NCBI GenBank assembly: GCA_034189385.1
Contig: JAXHVD010000010.1
Coordinates: forward strand, 32,001 to 96,000
Source: Thermodesulfobacteriota bacterium
GTDB lineage: Bacteria; Desulfobacterota; Desulfobacteria; Desulfobacterales; C00003060
Direction of reading: 5' to 3'
Length of the DNA: 64,000 nt
Shown: one piece after another, positions 19,257-29,526 of the stretch
How the letters are laid out: each line of letters begins with the position of its first letter
How positions within the stretch are numbered: the stretch's first letter is position 1
The notes under the pieces: generated by a model
Database searches by the model: none
The model's input: the letters and a program-made list of their open reading frames with translations, nothing else
What the model was told of the DNA's origin: nothing
Translations under genes and position numbers: made by a program

Positions 19257-20540
19257 GTGAATGTCCTGTTGATTGAGATCAATCCATTTGCTCCTGTGTC
19301 TCCACCCATCTCACTAGGATACATAGCAGCCTTTCTGAAATCCAAAGGGTTTGGGGTCAAGATATTGACCCTGGGAGAGGATGCCTCCATCTCCCCTGCA
19401 GGCCTCCAGAAGCTCATTACGAGCTTCCGGCCTGCCCTGGTAGGGTTTTCGGCCTACCAGAGGACCATGCTGTACGTCATCGGCCTTGCCAGATTCATAA
19501 AATCCATAGACAGCGGAATAAAGGTAGCCATTGGTGGTCCTCAAGCCACATTCATGCCATCGGACGGCTTTGCCCAATTGCCCGACATTGACTATGTGTC
19601 TCGATCTGCCGGTGAGCAGACCCTCCTTTGTGTGGCCCGGGCTGTGGAACAGGGGCGGCCCTTTTCAGGCCTCTCCGGCGTCAGCTACAAGAACGATGGT
19701 GGTATCGTCCAAGATACAGAGGAACTTGAGGGTTTTTCCGATCTTGATCAGTATCCCTCCCCTTATCTGTCCGATGTTTTTGACTATTCCAGGATGGGTG
19801 AGGCTATCATGTTGACATCTCGGGGTTGCCCCCACCATTGTATCTATTGTTATACACCCTGTGCCTTTAAGCACAAAGTGATGTTCCATTCCATAGACCG
19901 GGTCCTTGAAGAGATGACATGGATTAGGAAAAAGGGGGTGAAGAGGTTCTGGTTTGCCGACCCCAATATCTCCCATAAGCGGTCCAGGATCGAGGAACTC
20001 CTTGACGGAATCGTGAAGCTGGACCTGGAGGCCCAAATGTGGCTTCAGACCCGGGCGGACCTAGTGGACCTGGAGATGATGAAGAAGATGAAACGGGCAG
20101 GCGTCCGCACCATCGCCTTTGGGTTGGAGTCGGCCTCAGAACGGGTCACTCCAAAGATCGATAAACATCTTTCTATTCAAAAAGTTGTGGAGGCTATCCG
20201 CCTTGCCCAGAGCCAAGACATTGAGGTAGAGCTCTTCACCATGTTCGGCCTGCCTAACGAAACCTTTGAAGACGCCATGAAGACTTTGGCCTTTGTCAAA
20301 GAGAACAACGTCAAGATTATGGGCAATACAAACTCTCAGCAGATGCAGATCTATTTTGGCACGCCCATGGCCAGGCATTATAAAGATTACCATATTCGAC
20401 CCTTGAACACCGAACGGCCTCCGTATATTTCCATCGGATGTCAGTATGAAACGGATCACATGAGCACGGAGGATATTGGCAAGGTCCAAAACCTGTGGCG
20501 TGCCCATTCCCTTGACAGGGGACGGCGTATTGTATCGTAA
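19257..20540 (+). CDS. B12-binding radical SAM protein (class B methyltransferase-like)
   Basis: PPISLGYIAAFL, GGPQATFMP, TSRGCPHHCIYC, FADPN, AFGLES, MFGLPNET. Confidence 0.92.
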   Translation: MNVLLIEINPFAPVSPPISLGYIAAFLKSKGFGVKILTLGEDASISPAGLQKLITSFRPALVGFSAYQRTMLYVIGLARFIKSIDSGIKVAIGGPQATFMPSDGFAQLPDIDYVSRSAGEQTLLCVARAVEQGRPFSGLSGVSYKNDGGIVQDTEELEGFSDLDQYPSPYLSDVFDYSRMGEAIMLTSRGCPHHCIYCYTPCAFKHKVMFHSIDRVLEEMTWIRKKGVKRFWFADPNISHKRSRIEELLDGIVKLDLEAQMWLQTRADLVDLEMMKKMKRAGVRTIAFGLESASERVTPKIDKHLSIQKVVEAIRLAQSQDIEVELFTMFGLPNETFEDAMKTLAFVKENNVKIMGNTNSQQMQIYFGTPMARHYKDYHIRPLNTERPPYISIGCQYETDHMSTEDIGKVQNLWRAHSLDRGRRIVS

Positions 20541-20638
20541 TCATTAAAGATAACTATACTATTTCATTTCAAGAAATCGCCCTGCCCTAAGATGTCGTCT
20601 CCCTAAAGGGCAGGGAACCTTGTTGCGAGAAAGAGGCC

Positions 20639-22192
20639 ATGGACGAAAGAGCCTTACAAAGGATCTTTGTGATCCTAGACAAACAGGAAAAGGAACAGCT
20701 TGAGACCCTTTGCCGCATCCTGTCGGACCTGTTTTTCTATGTGGAACTGACCTCCAATCTCTATATTGTGGCCGAGGATTTGGCCGCGGGCATGCCTCAG
20801 GTAGAACGGATCCAAAAGCAAGTCACGTCCTTTCTCCGGGAAAACCTCTTTGCTCGGCTCTATGTCCATTTCATCCACGGTGCCCCCCAGGGAAACACGG
20901 AACAGATGGATTTCTATTTCCAATATTATTACCAGAACTGGAAGCGGGTAACCATGGAGTTTGATCGGGAGGCCTACATGCACCAGGAAGTACCAAGGCT
21001 CATGTTGCTCCCCCTCATCGCCCCCAGTAGCCACACAAACACTGCCTCCCTTGCGGACCTCCTTGGAACGCTCAAGAGCGCCTTCTTGCTTCCCAGTCTT
21101 TACTTGGATTGGGGCACCTTCCATCAAGCCGCCAACGAAAAGCTCTTGGCCAAGGCGGAGAAAGTTTACTATGGCCCTGGAAACAATAGTGAAAAATCGG
21201 CAATCGTCTGCAGTCTATGTCATGAAAACATCATCCACGAGACCTCGTCCAGATTGGACGCTCATCCGGCGTCCATGACTGAGCCATGCCCTGCCGCCCT
21301 CATTATCACGGCATCTGACGGCATGGTCTACCCTTGTGCCGATGCCTTTGTGAGAAAAAAAAGCCTGGCCAACATCTACGCCGCCCCCCATGTGGATACA
21401 CTCATGGCGCAATACAATGGGTACTTTGATTCTGGGACAGACTGCCAGGCATGCAGGGACCGCGTGGTTGCCGCTTTTTCAGACTTGCCCCTGCCAAAGG
21501 GAGCCACACACGAACTGAGCGATCTGCTTTATCATTTTGGGACGCTGCACCAAGAAGCGCAAAACCATGTCCTGGCCGCAGAGAGGTACGAAAAATCGTT
21601 AAAGCTATCTCCTGCTGAAGAGGCCGTTCCCATCCATTTCAGGCTTGGCCTTAGCTATCTGAACACCGGCCGCTACGATCAGGGCCTTGAATCCTTTGGC
21701 AAAGCCAAAGCCATGTACCAAGATCAATACTACTTTCATTTTTACACGGGGCTGTGCTACTTCGAAAAAGGGGACTACGGTATGGCCCTTGAAAGGTTTT
21801 TAGAAGCCCTGGACATGGATCCCCAACAGGACGATCTGGTCAGGATTCTGATCTACCTGGGAACTTGCTGCAACGGCCTCGGTGACTACGAGCAGGCCAT
21901 CGTTCAGTTGGAGAGGGCAAAGCACGAGGCTGGCCAGGTAAAGGAAATCTATAACGCCCTGGGGTTCTCCTACTTCCAGCTCAAAGATTATGACAAGGCC
22001 ATTGAAAATCTGAAGGTAGCCGTTGAACTGGACCCCTATTCTGCCATAGACTATGCCAGCCTTGGGGCAAACTATCGTGAAAGGGGAGACATGGACATGG
22101 CCGCCGCCATGTACGAGAGGGCCCTGAAACTCGATCCAGACCTAGCCGTTGCGAGGGAAAACTTAGAAAGGTTGAGAGACTACCATGGGTGA
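20639..22192 (+). CDS. TPR protein with central SPASM/twitch-like cysteine motif
   Basis: PCPAALIITASDGMVYPC...LANI...CQAC, then about six TPRs; no CxxxCxxC. Confidence 0.8.
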   Translation: MDERALQRIFVILDKQEKEQLETLCRILSDLFFYVELTSNLYIVAEDLAAGMPQVERIQKQVTSFLRENLFARLYVHFIHGAPQGNTEQMDFYFQYYYQNWKRVTMEFDREAYMHQEVPRLMLLPLIAPSSHTNTASLADLLGTLKSAFLLPSLYLDWGTFHQAANEKLLAKAEKVYYGPGNNSEKSAIVCSLCHENIIHETSSRLDAHPASMTEPCPAALIITASDGMVYPCADAFVRKKSLANIYAAPHVDTLMAQYNGYFDSGTDCQACRDRVVAAFSDLPLPKGATHELSDLLYHFGTLHQEAQNHVLAAERYEKSLKLSPAEEAVPIHFRLGLSYLNTGRYDQGLESFGKAKAMYQDQYYFHFYTGLCYFEKGDYGMALERFLEALDMDPQQDDLVRILIYLGTCCNGLGDYEQAIVQLERAKHEAGQVKEIYNALGFSYFQLKDYDKAIENLKVAVELDPYSAIDYASLGANYRERGDMDMAAAMYERALKLDPDLAVARENLERLRDYHG

Positions 22193-22898
22193 TGACCATC
22201 TCTCGCCTTTGGAGCTTGCCCTCGCTTACCACTTCAAAGACAGGGGGTTCCTTCGCGAAGCCCTGCAACACAGCTCCTATGTCAATGAGCAGCGCGAGGT
22301 CTCCTTAAGAGACAACGAACGCCTTGAGTTTCTGGGAGATGCTGTCCTCGACCTCGTGATTACCCACGTGTTGATGGACCACTTCCCGGAAACCCGTGAA
22401 GGAGACCTGTCGAGAATGCGGGCCACTATCGTCAACGAGTCACGACTGGCTGCGATGGCCCAGGAGCTGGATCTTGGCCGATATCTCCTGCTGGGTAAGG
22501 GCGAGGCATCGAGTAACGGACAAGAAAAAAAGTCCATCCTTTCCAATGCCTTTGAAGCGGTCATTGCGGCAGTCTACCTTGACGGCGACTTCCAAGCGGC
22601 CTTTGAGGTGATTGAGAGACTTTTTTCCGATATTATCAATGGCATCGAGGACAGGCTAGCGGCAGAGGATTTCAAGAGCCGCCTTCAAGAGTTTGTCCAG
22701 TCTCGATTTAAGACCATCCCTCAATACAAGGTGGAGGCTGAAAACGGTCCAGATCATGACAAGACCTTCTTGGTGCGCCTTCATATTGGCAACTTCTTGA
22801 CGACTCGGGGGACAGGCAAGAGCAAAAAAGCCGCAGAGCAGGCTGCGGCGTCCGTAGCCCTTGAGAAACTTCAGGGAAAAGATCAGTCCTATTATTGA
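22185..22898 (+). CDS. rnc: Ribonuclease III
   Basis: NERLEFLGDAVL, AFEAVIAAVYLDG, dsRBD DFKSRLQE...GPDHDKTF...SKKAAEQAAA. Confidence 0.98.
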   Translation: MGDDHLSPLELALAYHFKDRGFLREALQHSSYVNEQREVSLRDNERLEFLGDAVLDLVITHVLMDHFPETREGDLSRMRATIVNESRLAAMAQELDLGRYLLLGKGEASSNGQEKKSILSNAFEAVIAAVYLDGDFQAAFEVIERLFSDIINGIEDRLAAEDFKSRLQEFVQSRFKTIPQYKVEAENGPDHDKTFLVRLHIGNFLTTRGTGKSKKAAEQAAASVALEKLQGKDQSYY

Positions 22899-22959
22899 AA
22901 AGACAGGGTCCTGCACCCCCTTGACCGCCCACCAGGCTGTCAGTGGCCAACCCCGGAAG

Positions 22960-23988
22960 ATGATGCCCAGGCCTTTCATTGTCCCGCTCTTTATCCCTCA
23001 CAGGGGGTGTCCCCACCGTTGCGTATTCTGCAATCAAACTTCCATTACTGGCCTTAAGGACGGCACCCGCTCACAGCAGGAGGTCCGGGACAGGATCACC
23101 CAGTTCCTTGGGTTCCGGGGAGCCCATCGAGGCACCACCGAGGTTGCCTTTTATGGCGGCAATTTTCTCGGGCTCCCCAAGGCTTACAGGAAGCTCCTCT
23201 TGGAAGAAGCTCAGTTCTTTGTCGCAAAGGGCCAGGTAGACGGCATCCGCTTCTCCACCCGGCCAGAGACAGTTACGGCTGCGGCCTTAAAGGAACTGGC
23301 CTCGTACACCATCCGCACCATTGAGGTGGGGGCCCAGTCCATGAATGACACGGTCCTTGCTCTCAGCCAACGGGGCCATACCGGCGCCGACACAAAAAGG
23401 GCCGTTCAGGTCTTAAAGCCTTGTAACGTGCAGGTGGGGCTTCAAATCATGCCCGGCCTCCCAGGGGCCACGGCGGAATCGATCCTTGAGACGGGGCAAC
23501 AGGTGGCGGCCCTAAGGCCTGATTTTGTCCGTATCTATCCCACTGTGGTCGTCAAGAACACGGCCCTTGAGAGGTGGTACGAATCGGGCCGGTTCACCCC
23601 CCTTTCTCTATCAGAGGCCGTAGAGCTAACTAAACGGCTCTATGTTCATTTCAAGGCCGTCGGCATTCCAGTGATCCGCATGGGCTTGCAACCCAGTAGC
23701 AGCTTGCGGGCAAGGGGCCAGGTCGTGGCAGGTCCATTTCATCCGGCCTTTGGGCATCTGGTCCAGTCTGCTCTCTTCTTGGATCTTGCCACCCAGGCCC
23801 TTGCGTCTGAAAAGGGGCTGTCCAGAAGGGTGACAGTGAAGGTCTATCCCTCAGATGTTCCAAAGCTTGTGGGACAAAAAAGGGAAAACATCAGACGGCT
23901 GGTAGCGCGATTTCACCTCGAGAGGCTCCAGGTCCTGCCCGATGTGACGGTTCCGGAAAACACCGTAGAGGTGATCAATAGAACCTAG
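22960..23988 (+). CDS. Radical SAM protein, Elp3/YhcC-like, without an acetyltransferase domain
   Basis: FIPHRGCPHRCVFCNQ, AFYGGNF, RFSTRP, RIYPTVV, VIRMGLQ, AGPFHPAFG. Confidence 0.88.
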   Translation: MMPRPFIVPLFIPHRGCPHRCVFCNQTSITGLKDGTRSQQEVRDRITQFLGFRGAHRGTTEVAFYGGNFLGLPKAYRKLLLEEAQFFVAKGQVDGIRFSTRPETVTAAALKELASYTIRTIEVGAQSMNDTVLALSQRGHTGADTKRAVQVLKPCNVQVGLQIMPGLPGATAESILETGQQVAALRPDFVRIYPTVVVKNTALERWYESGRFTPLSLSEAVELTKRLYVHFKAVGIPVIRMGLQPSSSLRARGQVVAGPFHPAFGHLVQSALFLDLATQALASEKGLSRRVTVKVYPSDVPKLVGQKRENIRRLVARFHLERLQVLPDVTVPENTVEVINRT

Positions 23989-24029
23989 CTTAAAAGGAAG
24001 GCCTCTTTGCCATGATATGGTCCGCCCCG

Positions 24030-24053
24030 ATGGGAGGACGTCCCTCCTCCCAT
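24030..24053. terminator. Hairpin between convergent genes
   Basis: ATGGGAGGA-cgtccc-TCCTCCCAT, perfect 9-bp stem; no clear U-tract. Confidence 0.4.
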
Positions 24054-24089
24054 TGGCGCGCTAGGCAAGGGGTGGGGTGTGATGGAGGG

Positions 24090-24452
24090 TTACCGCCTGC
24101 TTTTTGTGATCATCCAGATCGCGGTGATCTCTTTCTCCGCATTGGTGACAAAGCCCACATGGTCGCCGACCCGAAGATCGCCGCTTGACCCATGGGCTGA
24201 TGTGGCCGTGGCATACGTGACATGAGAGGCCAGTGTATGGAGGGAATCATCTACGACGATCTCGTTTTTCCCTATCCTGTCGATATGTCCCAGTCCATTG
24301 AATTTCTTGGGGTAGTGGGAAGGTAACACCCTTTCTTCTCCGAGATACTCTGCTCCATAGCCCGGACCTGAGTATGGAGCCATGACAACAAGGCCCAAGA
24401 TCAGTCCCAGTCCGATCCCCTTGAAAAGACGCCTTTGTCGTGCGAGAGTCAT
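24090..24452 (-). CDS. PilY2-like small exported protein
   Basis: N-terminal hydrophobic segment, then GHIDRIGKNEIVVDD...LRVGDHVGF...ITAIW; directly after pilY1. Confidence 0.65.
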   Translation of the reverse strand: MTLARQRRLFKGIGLGLILGLVVMAPYSGPGYGAEYLGEERVLPSHYPKKFNGLGHIDRIGKNEIVVDDSLHTLASHVTYATATSAHGSSGDLRVGDHVGFVTNAEKEITAIWMITKSRR

Positions 24453-24489
24453 GAGTTGGTCTCCTTTGCTGTGAGCCCTAAAAGCCGTT

Positions 24490-27400
24490 TCACTGTGTGG
24501 GCTCGTAGTAGTACTCATCTGTTCCGTCTGTCCTTCTTTCTTTCCAGTAGAACACGCCCCTTTCCTCTGCGACCTCAAAAACCGTCTCTGTGGTCCCTGC
24601 AGAGGTGCTGAAGATCTTCATCTCCCTTTCGTCATCAGGCATTCTCACCATGACTGGCGGATAGAGCATCCCTGGAAAATCCATGCCCGTGGGAGGCACC
24701 AGGATGGGATTGCCCTCCCCATCGGTGAGACCGATGTCGATGAGGTCGTTGTCGTCAATGATCCCGTCATCGTTGATGTCAAAGGTGGCTTTGTTCAGCC
24801 GACCGCCGTTGCATGCATCCAGCTCGTGGACCAGGGAGTCGCCCCCACCAGAACAGGGCGACTCATTGGGAACAATAGACAAGGCCACGACCCTTCCGTC
24901 TCTGATCATGAGGTCCCTGATGATCCTTTCTCCAGTCAGGGGAAGATCAAAATACCACCCCGCATGATTTTCAACCGTGCTTGACGGGTTGGGCATGGCG
25001 TTTCCCACATCCAGATCCTCCTCTGTGACCCACACCGCTTCATGGTCGCTCAGGGTCCTCAAATAGTGATCGCCGAGGTACGTTTCGTTCACCACGGTCT
25101 GCTCCACCAGTGAGACGGTGTCCGGCTGGTTGGAGAGCTTAGGGGTCGACCCCCTGTCGAAGGTCCCCAGGTACTCGCTGTGGTCCCCCTTGTCTCCATA
25201 ATCCCATAACCCGAAGAGGGTCTGGGTGCTGACATCTGCCCGATCGGTGTCCCCAAGGAACTTGCCCGTGCCAAATACAACAATATGCCCGTGCCTTTCA
25301 CAGTGTTTCATTACATCGGGCGTCGTGGTGATGGGTTGACCTGGAATCCGAAAGAAGGCCTCCGGGATGCCATTTCCGTCCTTAAAGGCCACGTCCCAAT
25401 TGGCCGGGTCTTCATCGGTAAGATCGAATTTCCACAGATTCCCTTTCAGGTCTCCGGCGTAGGCGTAATCCACGCGGAAGTCCTTGTTCACGTCTATCAG
25501 GGCTGGAGTAGAAAGTCCGTTGTTGCCCGTGGCCAGGGTGTATATCTTCTTTATCACGTTTCCGTATACATCCATGACGTAGAGGATGGCCTCTCCTTCC
25601 ACGCTGTCGTACCCGTTGCCGAATATGATCACCCAGTCGTTGTTCGGGTCATAGGACTTGACAATGTATGGGTAACTGTACGTGTACCCCAGATCGGGCT
25701 CTTCCAGTCCGGCCCCAGGGTATTCCCACAACACCACCGAGCTTGCCACGGCGGCCTCTGCGGTTGATACGTCCACCTGATCAGCATCGGTGATGTCCAG
25801 GGCGAAATAGCCTTTCCCGCCCTTTCCCAATCCTCCCACAAGGAGCGTTCTTCCCTCATTCATGCCGATGGTGACCCTTTTTCTGGCATAGGGGGTGCGA
25901 TCTACGAAAAACCTGTGTTCATAGTCATTGCCCGTGAGCTCCTTTAAGTTCTCAAAAATCAGATGGGGGATGTAGGCAAAGCGCTCTTCTCCGTCCGTGG
26001 CATTGAAGGCGTGCAGCATCCCGTCGTTTCCCCCTGCAATGATGGTGTCTTCTACCAACAGGGGCGCTGAATGGACGATATCGCCCAGTTTCTTGACCCT
26101 GGGCCGAAAACCGTCTATCTCTTCACCCCTCAGGTAGTCCACCATGTTCTCGGCCAGGGTGGAGTCCGCTGCCCAATTGGGGTCCAGAGCCGTCTTCTGT
26201 TCGTCTGTGAGATTGGCAAACCGGAAAGGAACGCCTTCAGATGTGCCGTCGTAGGCCACAATCTTTCGCTGGTCCGGCGCACGGTCCTGGAGTTTGTCAG
26301 AGGCCTTCCATATGATATCGCTTTGTTCTTTGAGGATCTCTCCTGAAACCGGATCTACAGGGTAGGCTGTCACATCCCCTATCCAGCCGTCTGAGACGTA
26401 GCTTGACTGATACAGAATCGTGTTCGTCCCCAACTCCTCTCCATTGACTGTCACAGAGGCACCAGAGGCCATCCTTGAGGCAATGTTCAGCATCACTTGC
26501 TCCAAGGCGCTGATGAGTTCCCCTGGGTCTGACGCACTAAAGAAGAGCCCCCTGCCGTTTACGGCGGCATGCCACAGGTCGTCGATCTTATAGGGACAGC
26601 TGTCGCAACCGGATGTGGGATTGGGCCAAGGGGGGGCGCCGCCGTTCAGCAGGCAGGGGTGATAGGCCGTATAGTCCAAAGAGCCTTGCACCCCAAAAGA
26701 GACCGCATAGGTGACCATATGTTGATGAGAGGCCTTATCGCAAGAGCTGGTAGGGACCACGTCGTCCAGAGAAGAGGCGAGATCCTCTTTATAATACTTC
26801 ATGGCCACATCGGCCAAGGTGTCCGAATAGGAATCCCCGTAAGGTGACCCTGCTGCGCCGTCCTGGTTGCCCACGCCGGGGTTGGACCCGTTCCAATAGC
26901 CGTCGGTCATGGCAATGCAAAAGGAGTGCTGACAGGCCCCTCCCTCTTCATCAGGCATGTAGGGAGAGTCTCCCACGCCGCCAGTGTTTCCATCGTCTTT
27001 GTGAAAATAGCGACCCACGTTCTTCACGGCCAGTCTCAGGGGCGTGCTTCCGTCGGAATCAAGGCCGTACAGGGCGTCAAGGAGGGTGTCTGTTTCATCT
27101 ACGTAGGTCATTCCGCCACTGGCCACGGCCGTGCTTTCAAACATGACGGCATCTGCGCTGGTGCTCGAGCCGGTGCTGGAGCCGTCGCGGTAGACCCGGA
27201 CCTTTCCTGATGTGCCGGCGTCAAAATTAAAGGTCCCCAAAAGGGCCCACTGGCTGTAGTCCTGTTTCTGGTTCTTCCGGACCGAATAGGTGCCGCCGTT
27301 GTGATAGACCTTGTACAGGGCGTTCGTGTCCCTGGTGCTGTAGTAGTCCCACCATGCATAGACGTTGTATTCACCGGCTTCGGGCAGGTTTGGGCTCCAG

Positions 27401-28890
27401 GTGGCATAGCGGCCGCTGTAGCTGGTGTATCTGGAGCTGTTTTTGTATTCGTTATGTGCCCCTGATTCGTACCATCTGCCCCCGTATTCGTAATAGCCGC
27501 TATCCTTGTTGTCCACAATCACAATGGTACTTCCGCCAGGATCCGGCACATTCAACTTGACGGGAAGGACCGGCTGCCTCAGCCCGGAGTTAATACTGTA
27601 GAAGCCGACCTGAACGCCCACCAGGCTCATGATGGCGTGGGAGACAGCGGCCTTGGCCGTCAGCTCCCGCCTGCGGTAAAAGGAGTACCAGTTGGCGAAG
27701 TTTTGAAGGTCCTCGGCGTCTGTCTTGTAGGCGACGAAACTGCCATCATCGTCGAACCATGCGGCCTTGGCAGCGTCGGGGAGCTCATCTACGGGAAAGA
27801 ACTCTCCGCCTTCCACGATCTCATTCTCATTCCTGTCATGGAACCAGTAGTACTTTCTCACGCCCCCCTCAAAGTTGACAAGGAAATACTCTTCTCCGGC
27901 GTCCATCTCGCCGTCTTCGTCCACGTCGTCCCAGGTATAATAGTGGGCGTTCTTGATGCTGACCGTCGCTCCGCTTGTGGGGACAAACTTGATGGAATCC
28001 CCACAGACCCGCTCTTGATTGTTATCGCCCACGTAAGTAAAAATCCCGACGGTCCCGCCAGCGCCTTCCTCAAAGGTATAGGTGCCCAGGGGATACCAGG
28101 TGCCGCCGTTTTCGCGCTGGTTCACATGGACGACGGTGGGGCCCCCCTGATGGAAGATGGTGTAGGGCACGGCCGTGGACCGGTAGTCGTTGCTGAAGTA
28201 CCTGGCATAGACCTCGTACTCTCCACTGGCCAGCGGCGTGTACCAAACAGCGGTCACGTCCTGATCGTTCGCGTCGGTCCAGTAATAGAGGCCATTGTAA
28301 GCCTCTGGGTTTGAGGCCTGGCTCCAGCTCCCGGTGTGCGAGAAGACAGGGTCCTGATCGTCTGCGATGGACTCGCTGCCCACCAGGAAATACTCTGCCG
28401 TCAGGTCAAAGGTCGGGGTGGCGTTGTTCGGGTTGGATCTGGGGTGCGCGGTGTCTGCATCGGGCATGTTCGGCCACGGTTTGTAGTCTGCATGGGGGTG
28501 GTAATAGAGTTTGTTGAAGGCAGACATCTGGGCCTTGATTTTTCCCCTGTCAGCGCCGGATAAGATGGTCCCGTTGCTGCTTCCGGCACTATAATTGTTG
28601 TCTCCGGGGTCATCAAAGAGATACTCGATATCGCCTTCAAACTTGCCGTCTGTTTCTCCCTGTACCATGAACTCCCAGTCCATGCTCCCGGAATTGTCCA
28701 GCACGAACATGATGTTTGGAGGCGCGGCCATGACTTTGGTGTCCATGGGAGCGTCGCTGATGTCCAGGCCTCTTGCTGTTTGAGCAAAGCAGAGCAAGGC
28801 CATGGTCAGCGCTCCTATGCCAAGAAACAGCCCCGGTCTTTCCATTGCCCGGGCCGACCCGTCACCTCGATGGTTTCTATGAATAGACAT
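24490..28890 (-). CDS. pilY1: Type IV pilus tip adhesin PilY1/PilC
   Basis: Signal peptide; vWA-like FVLDNSGSM...TPLR...AMTDG; DDLWHAAVNGRG; beta-propeller LGDIVHSAP, GGNDGMLHAF; Ca loop DVNKDFRVDYAYAGDLKGNLWKFDL; GWYFDL. Confidence 0.93.
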   Translation of the reverse strand: MSIHRNHRGDGSARAMERPGLFLGIGALTMALLCFAQTARGLDISDAPMDTKVMAAPPNIMFVLDNSGSMDWEFMVQGETDGKFEGDIEYLFDDPGDNNYSAGSSNGTILSGADRGKIKAQMSAFNKLYYHPHADYKPWPNMPDADTAHPRSNPNNATPTFDLTAEYFLVGSESIADDQDPVFSHTGSWSQASNPEAYNGLYYWTDANDQDVTAVWYTPLASGEYEVYARYFSNDYRSTAVPYTIFHQGGPTVVHVNQRENGGTWYPLGTYTFEEGAGGTVGIFTYVGDNNQERVCGDSIKFVPTSGATVSIKNAHYYTWDDVDEDGEMDAGEEYFLVNFEGGVRKYYWFHDRNENEIVEGGEFFPVDELPDAAKAAWFDDDGSFVAYKTDAEDLQNFANWYSFYRRRELTAKAAVSHAIMSLVGVQVGFYSINSGLRQPVLPVKLNVPDPGGSTIVIVDNKDSGYYEYGGRWYESGAHNEYKNSSRYTSYSGRYATWSPNLPEAGEYNVYAWWDYYSTRDTNALYKVYHNGGTYSVRKNQKQDYSQWALLGTFNFDAGTSGKVRVYRDGSSTGSSTSADAVMFESTAVASGGMTYVDETDTLLDALYGLDSDGSTPLRLAVKNVGRYFHKDDGNTGGVGDSPYMPDEEGGACQHSFCIAMTDGYWNGSNPGVGNQDGAAGSPYGDSYSDTLADVAMKYYKEDLASSLDDVVPTSSCDKASHQHMVTYAVSFGVQGSLDYTAYHPCLLNGGAPPWPNPTSGCDSCPYKIDDLWHAAVNGRGLFFSASDPGELISALEQVMLNIASRMASGASVTVNGEELGTNTILYQSSYVSDGWIGDVTAYPVDPVSGEILKEQSDIIWKASDKLQDRAPDQRKIVAYDGTSEGVPFRFANLTDEQKTALDPNWAADSTLAENMVDYLRGEEIDGFRPRVKKLGDIVHSAPLLVEDTIIAGGNDGMLHAFNATDGEERFAYIPHLIFENLKELTGNDYEHRFFVDRTPYARKRVTIGMNEGRTLLVGGLGKGGKGYFALDITDADQVDVSTAEAAVASSVVLWEYPGAGLEEPDLGYTYSYPYIVKSYDPNNDWVIIFGNGYDSVEGEAILYVMDVYGNVIKKIYTLATGNNGLSTPALIDVNKDFRVDYAYAGDLKGNLWKFDLTDEDPANWDVAFKDGNGIPEAFFRIPGQPITTTPDVMKHCERHGHIVVFGTGKFLGDTDRADVSTQTLFGLWDYGDKGDHSEYLGTFDRGSTPKLSNQPDTVSLVEQTVVNETYLGDHYLRTLSDHEAVWVTEEDLDVGNAMPNPSSTVENHAGWYFDLPLTGERIIRDLMIRDGRVVALSIVPNESPCSGGGDSLVHELDACNGGRLNKATFDINDDGIIDDNDLIDIGLTDGEGNPILVPPTGMDFPGMLYPPVMVRMPDDEREMKIFSTSAGTTETVFEVAEERGVFYWKERRTDGTDEYYYEPTQ

Positions 28891-28945
28891 GATGAACACC
28901 CCTTTTCTTGATGTTGTGATACCAAAGGCCTTCACGGGACTCCAA

Positions 28946-29497
28946 TCAGTACCGCTTCTTGTAGCCGATCTCGATCATGGCGCTCCCTTTTTCTTTCTCA
29001 GAGCGGCCATAGACGGTGATGGTGTGCACGGCTGTAGCATCCATGCGCGTGCTGCTACCCCCAGAATATCCTTCGTGAATGGCCATGAACCTGGTCTGCC
29101 CGTTGTCATCTAACGGCGCCTCTCCTGAACCGTCCAGGGCAGCATCCCAGTTGTAATCGTTGGTGACATTGTCGGGGTCTGGGAAACCCGACAGATCGTT
29201 CCGAAACCACAGATCGGGTGGTGCTGCAGGGTTGTCAGGATCTGGCTGTCCGTATGGCAGGTCTTGGAGTGCCGCAGAATCATTCTCATCTTCCAGGAGC
29301 TGCGCAGCCAGCATGGCCGCGCCTTCGGCCCGGTAGAAATTCTCTTTGTGCGTCTTATCGTTTGCAGTGACCTCTACCTCAATCGAACTGGTAGTGACGG
29401 CCGCGATGCCGATGAGGCTTGCCAGCATCAAGACCAACATGCCCACGACCATGATGGACCCCTTTTCGTTTTTCAGTATGAAGTGCATCTCTCTCAT
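28946..29497 (-). CDS. pilX: Minor pilin PilX
   Basis: Prepilin leader NEKG|SIMVVGMLV lacking Glu+5 (typical of PilX), FYRAEGA. Confidence 0.85.
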   Translation of the reverse strand: MREMHFILKNEKGSIMVVGMLVLMLASLIGIAAVTTSSIEVEVTANDKTHKENFYRAEGAAMLAAQLLEDENDSAALQDLPYGQPDPDNPAAPPDLWFRNDLSGFPDPDNVTNDYNWDAALDGSGEAPLDDNGQTRFMAIHEGYSGGSSTRMDATAVHTITVYGRSEKEKGSAMIEIGYKKRY

Positions 29498-29526
29498 GGG
29501 AGGCCTCCCCTTCTTATGAGTAATGC

